Assembly (NCBI GenBank): GCA_013265495.1
Contig: MU058009.1
Coordinates: 498,001 to 562,000 of the forward strand
Length of the DNA: 64,000 nt
Source of the DNA: Vicugna vicugna
Lineage: Eukaryota
Direction: 5' to 3'
In this document: piece after piece, positions 63,751-64,000 of the stretch
Position numbering within the stretch: the first letter of the stretch is position 1
Layout: each line of letters opens with the position of its first letter
Program-made: the position numbers and the translations under genes
The notes under the pieces: model-generated
What the model was told of the DNA's origin: nothing
The model's database searches: none
What the model saw: the letters and a program-made list of their open reading frames with translations, nothing else

Positions 63751-64000
63751 ATCACACCACCTCTCTCAGCTTTCAACCCCTCCCCAACCAAAAGGCGGCA
63801 CCAAAAGAGAAGCTGAGGAGAGGTTCTCCATAACTGATTAACGTTACGCTCCTTTCGTAAGAAGTACTCTCCTTTTAATTCACTTTTCTTGGAGCCTAAA
63901 AATCTCCATATTGTTGTTTCTCACAGTTTGCTTTTTCTTTTTTCCTTTTCTGCACACTTGGCTCAGTCGGGCTCTTTATGCCACCTGGCCCGTCCTCCTC

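Noticed and set aside
1..64000. Naming the host gene or locus
   Set aside because: No coding exon recognised; the locus cannot be assigned without a genome alignment.

Overview
This is mammalian non-coding DNA, most likely camelid. The taxon call rests on a vic-1-like tRNA-derived SINE and cetartiodactyl-type L1 3' ends, recognised by eye rather than by database search. I found no protein-coding gene, RNA gene or CRISPR array that I can support. The ORF track is chance ORFs, apart from a degraded L1 ORF2 remnant near 27.6 kb. The window looks like a large intron or gene desert: old repeats (L2, MIR, MLT1/MLT2, MER5, MER20, MER44, L1M), a few younger lineage-specific insertions, microsatellites, and several repeat-free, motif-dense islands that may be enhancers. 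The most notable elements are: (1) a 616-bp solo LTR (13666-14281) with a tandem CCAAT-box array and two octamers, similar in architecture to primate LTR12; (2) a well-formed 46-nt candidate exon (24214-24259); (3) a small orphan CpG island with twin E-boxes (about 26.2-26.5 kb); (4) a dense GATA-site cluster (32015-32113). I see no convincing new biological system. Repeat family names come from memory of consensus sequences, and the boundaries of old repeats are approximate.
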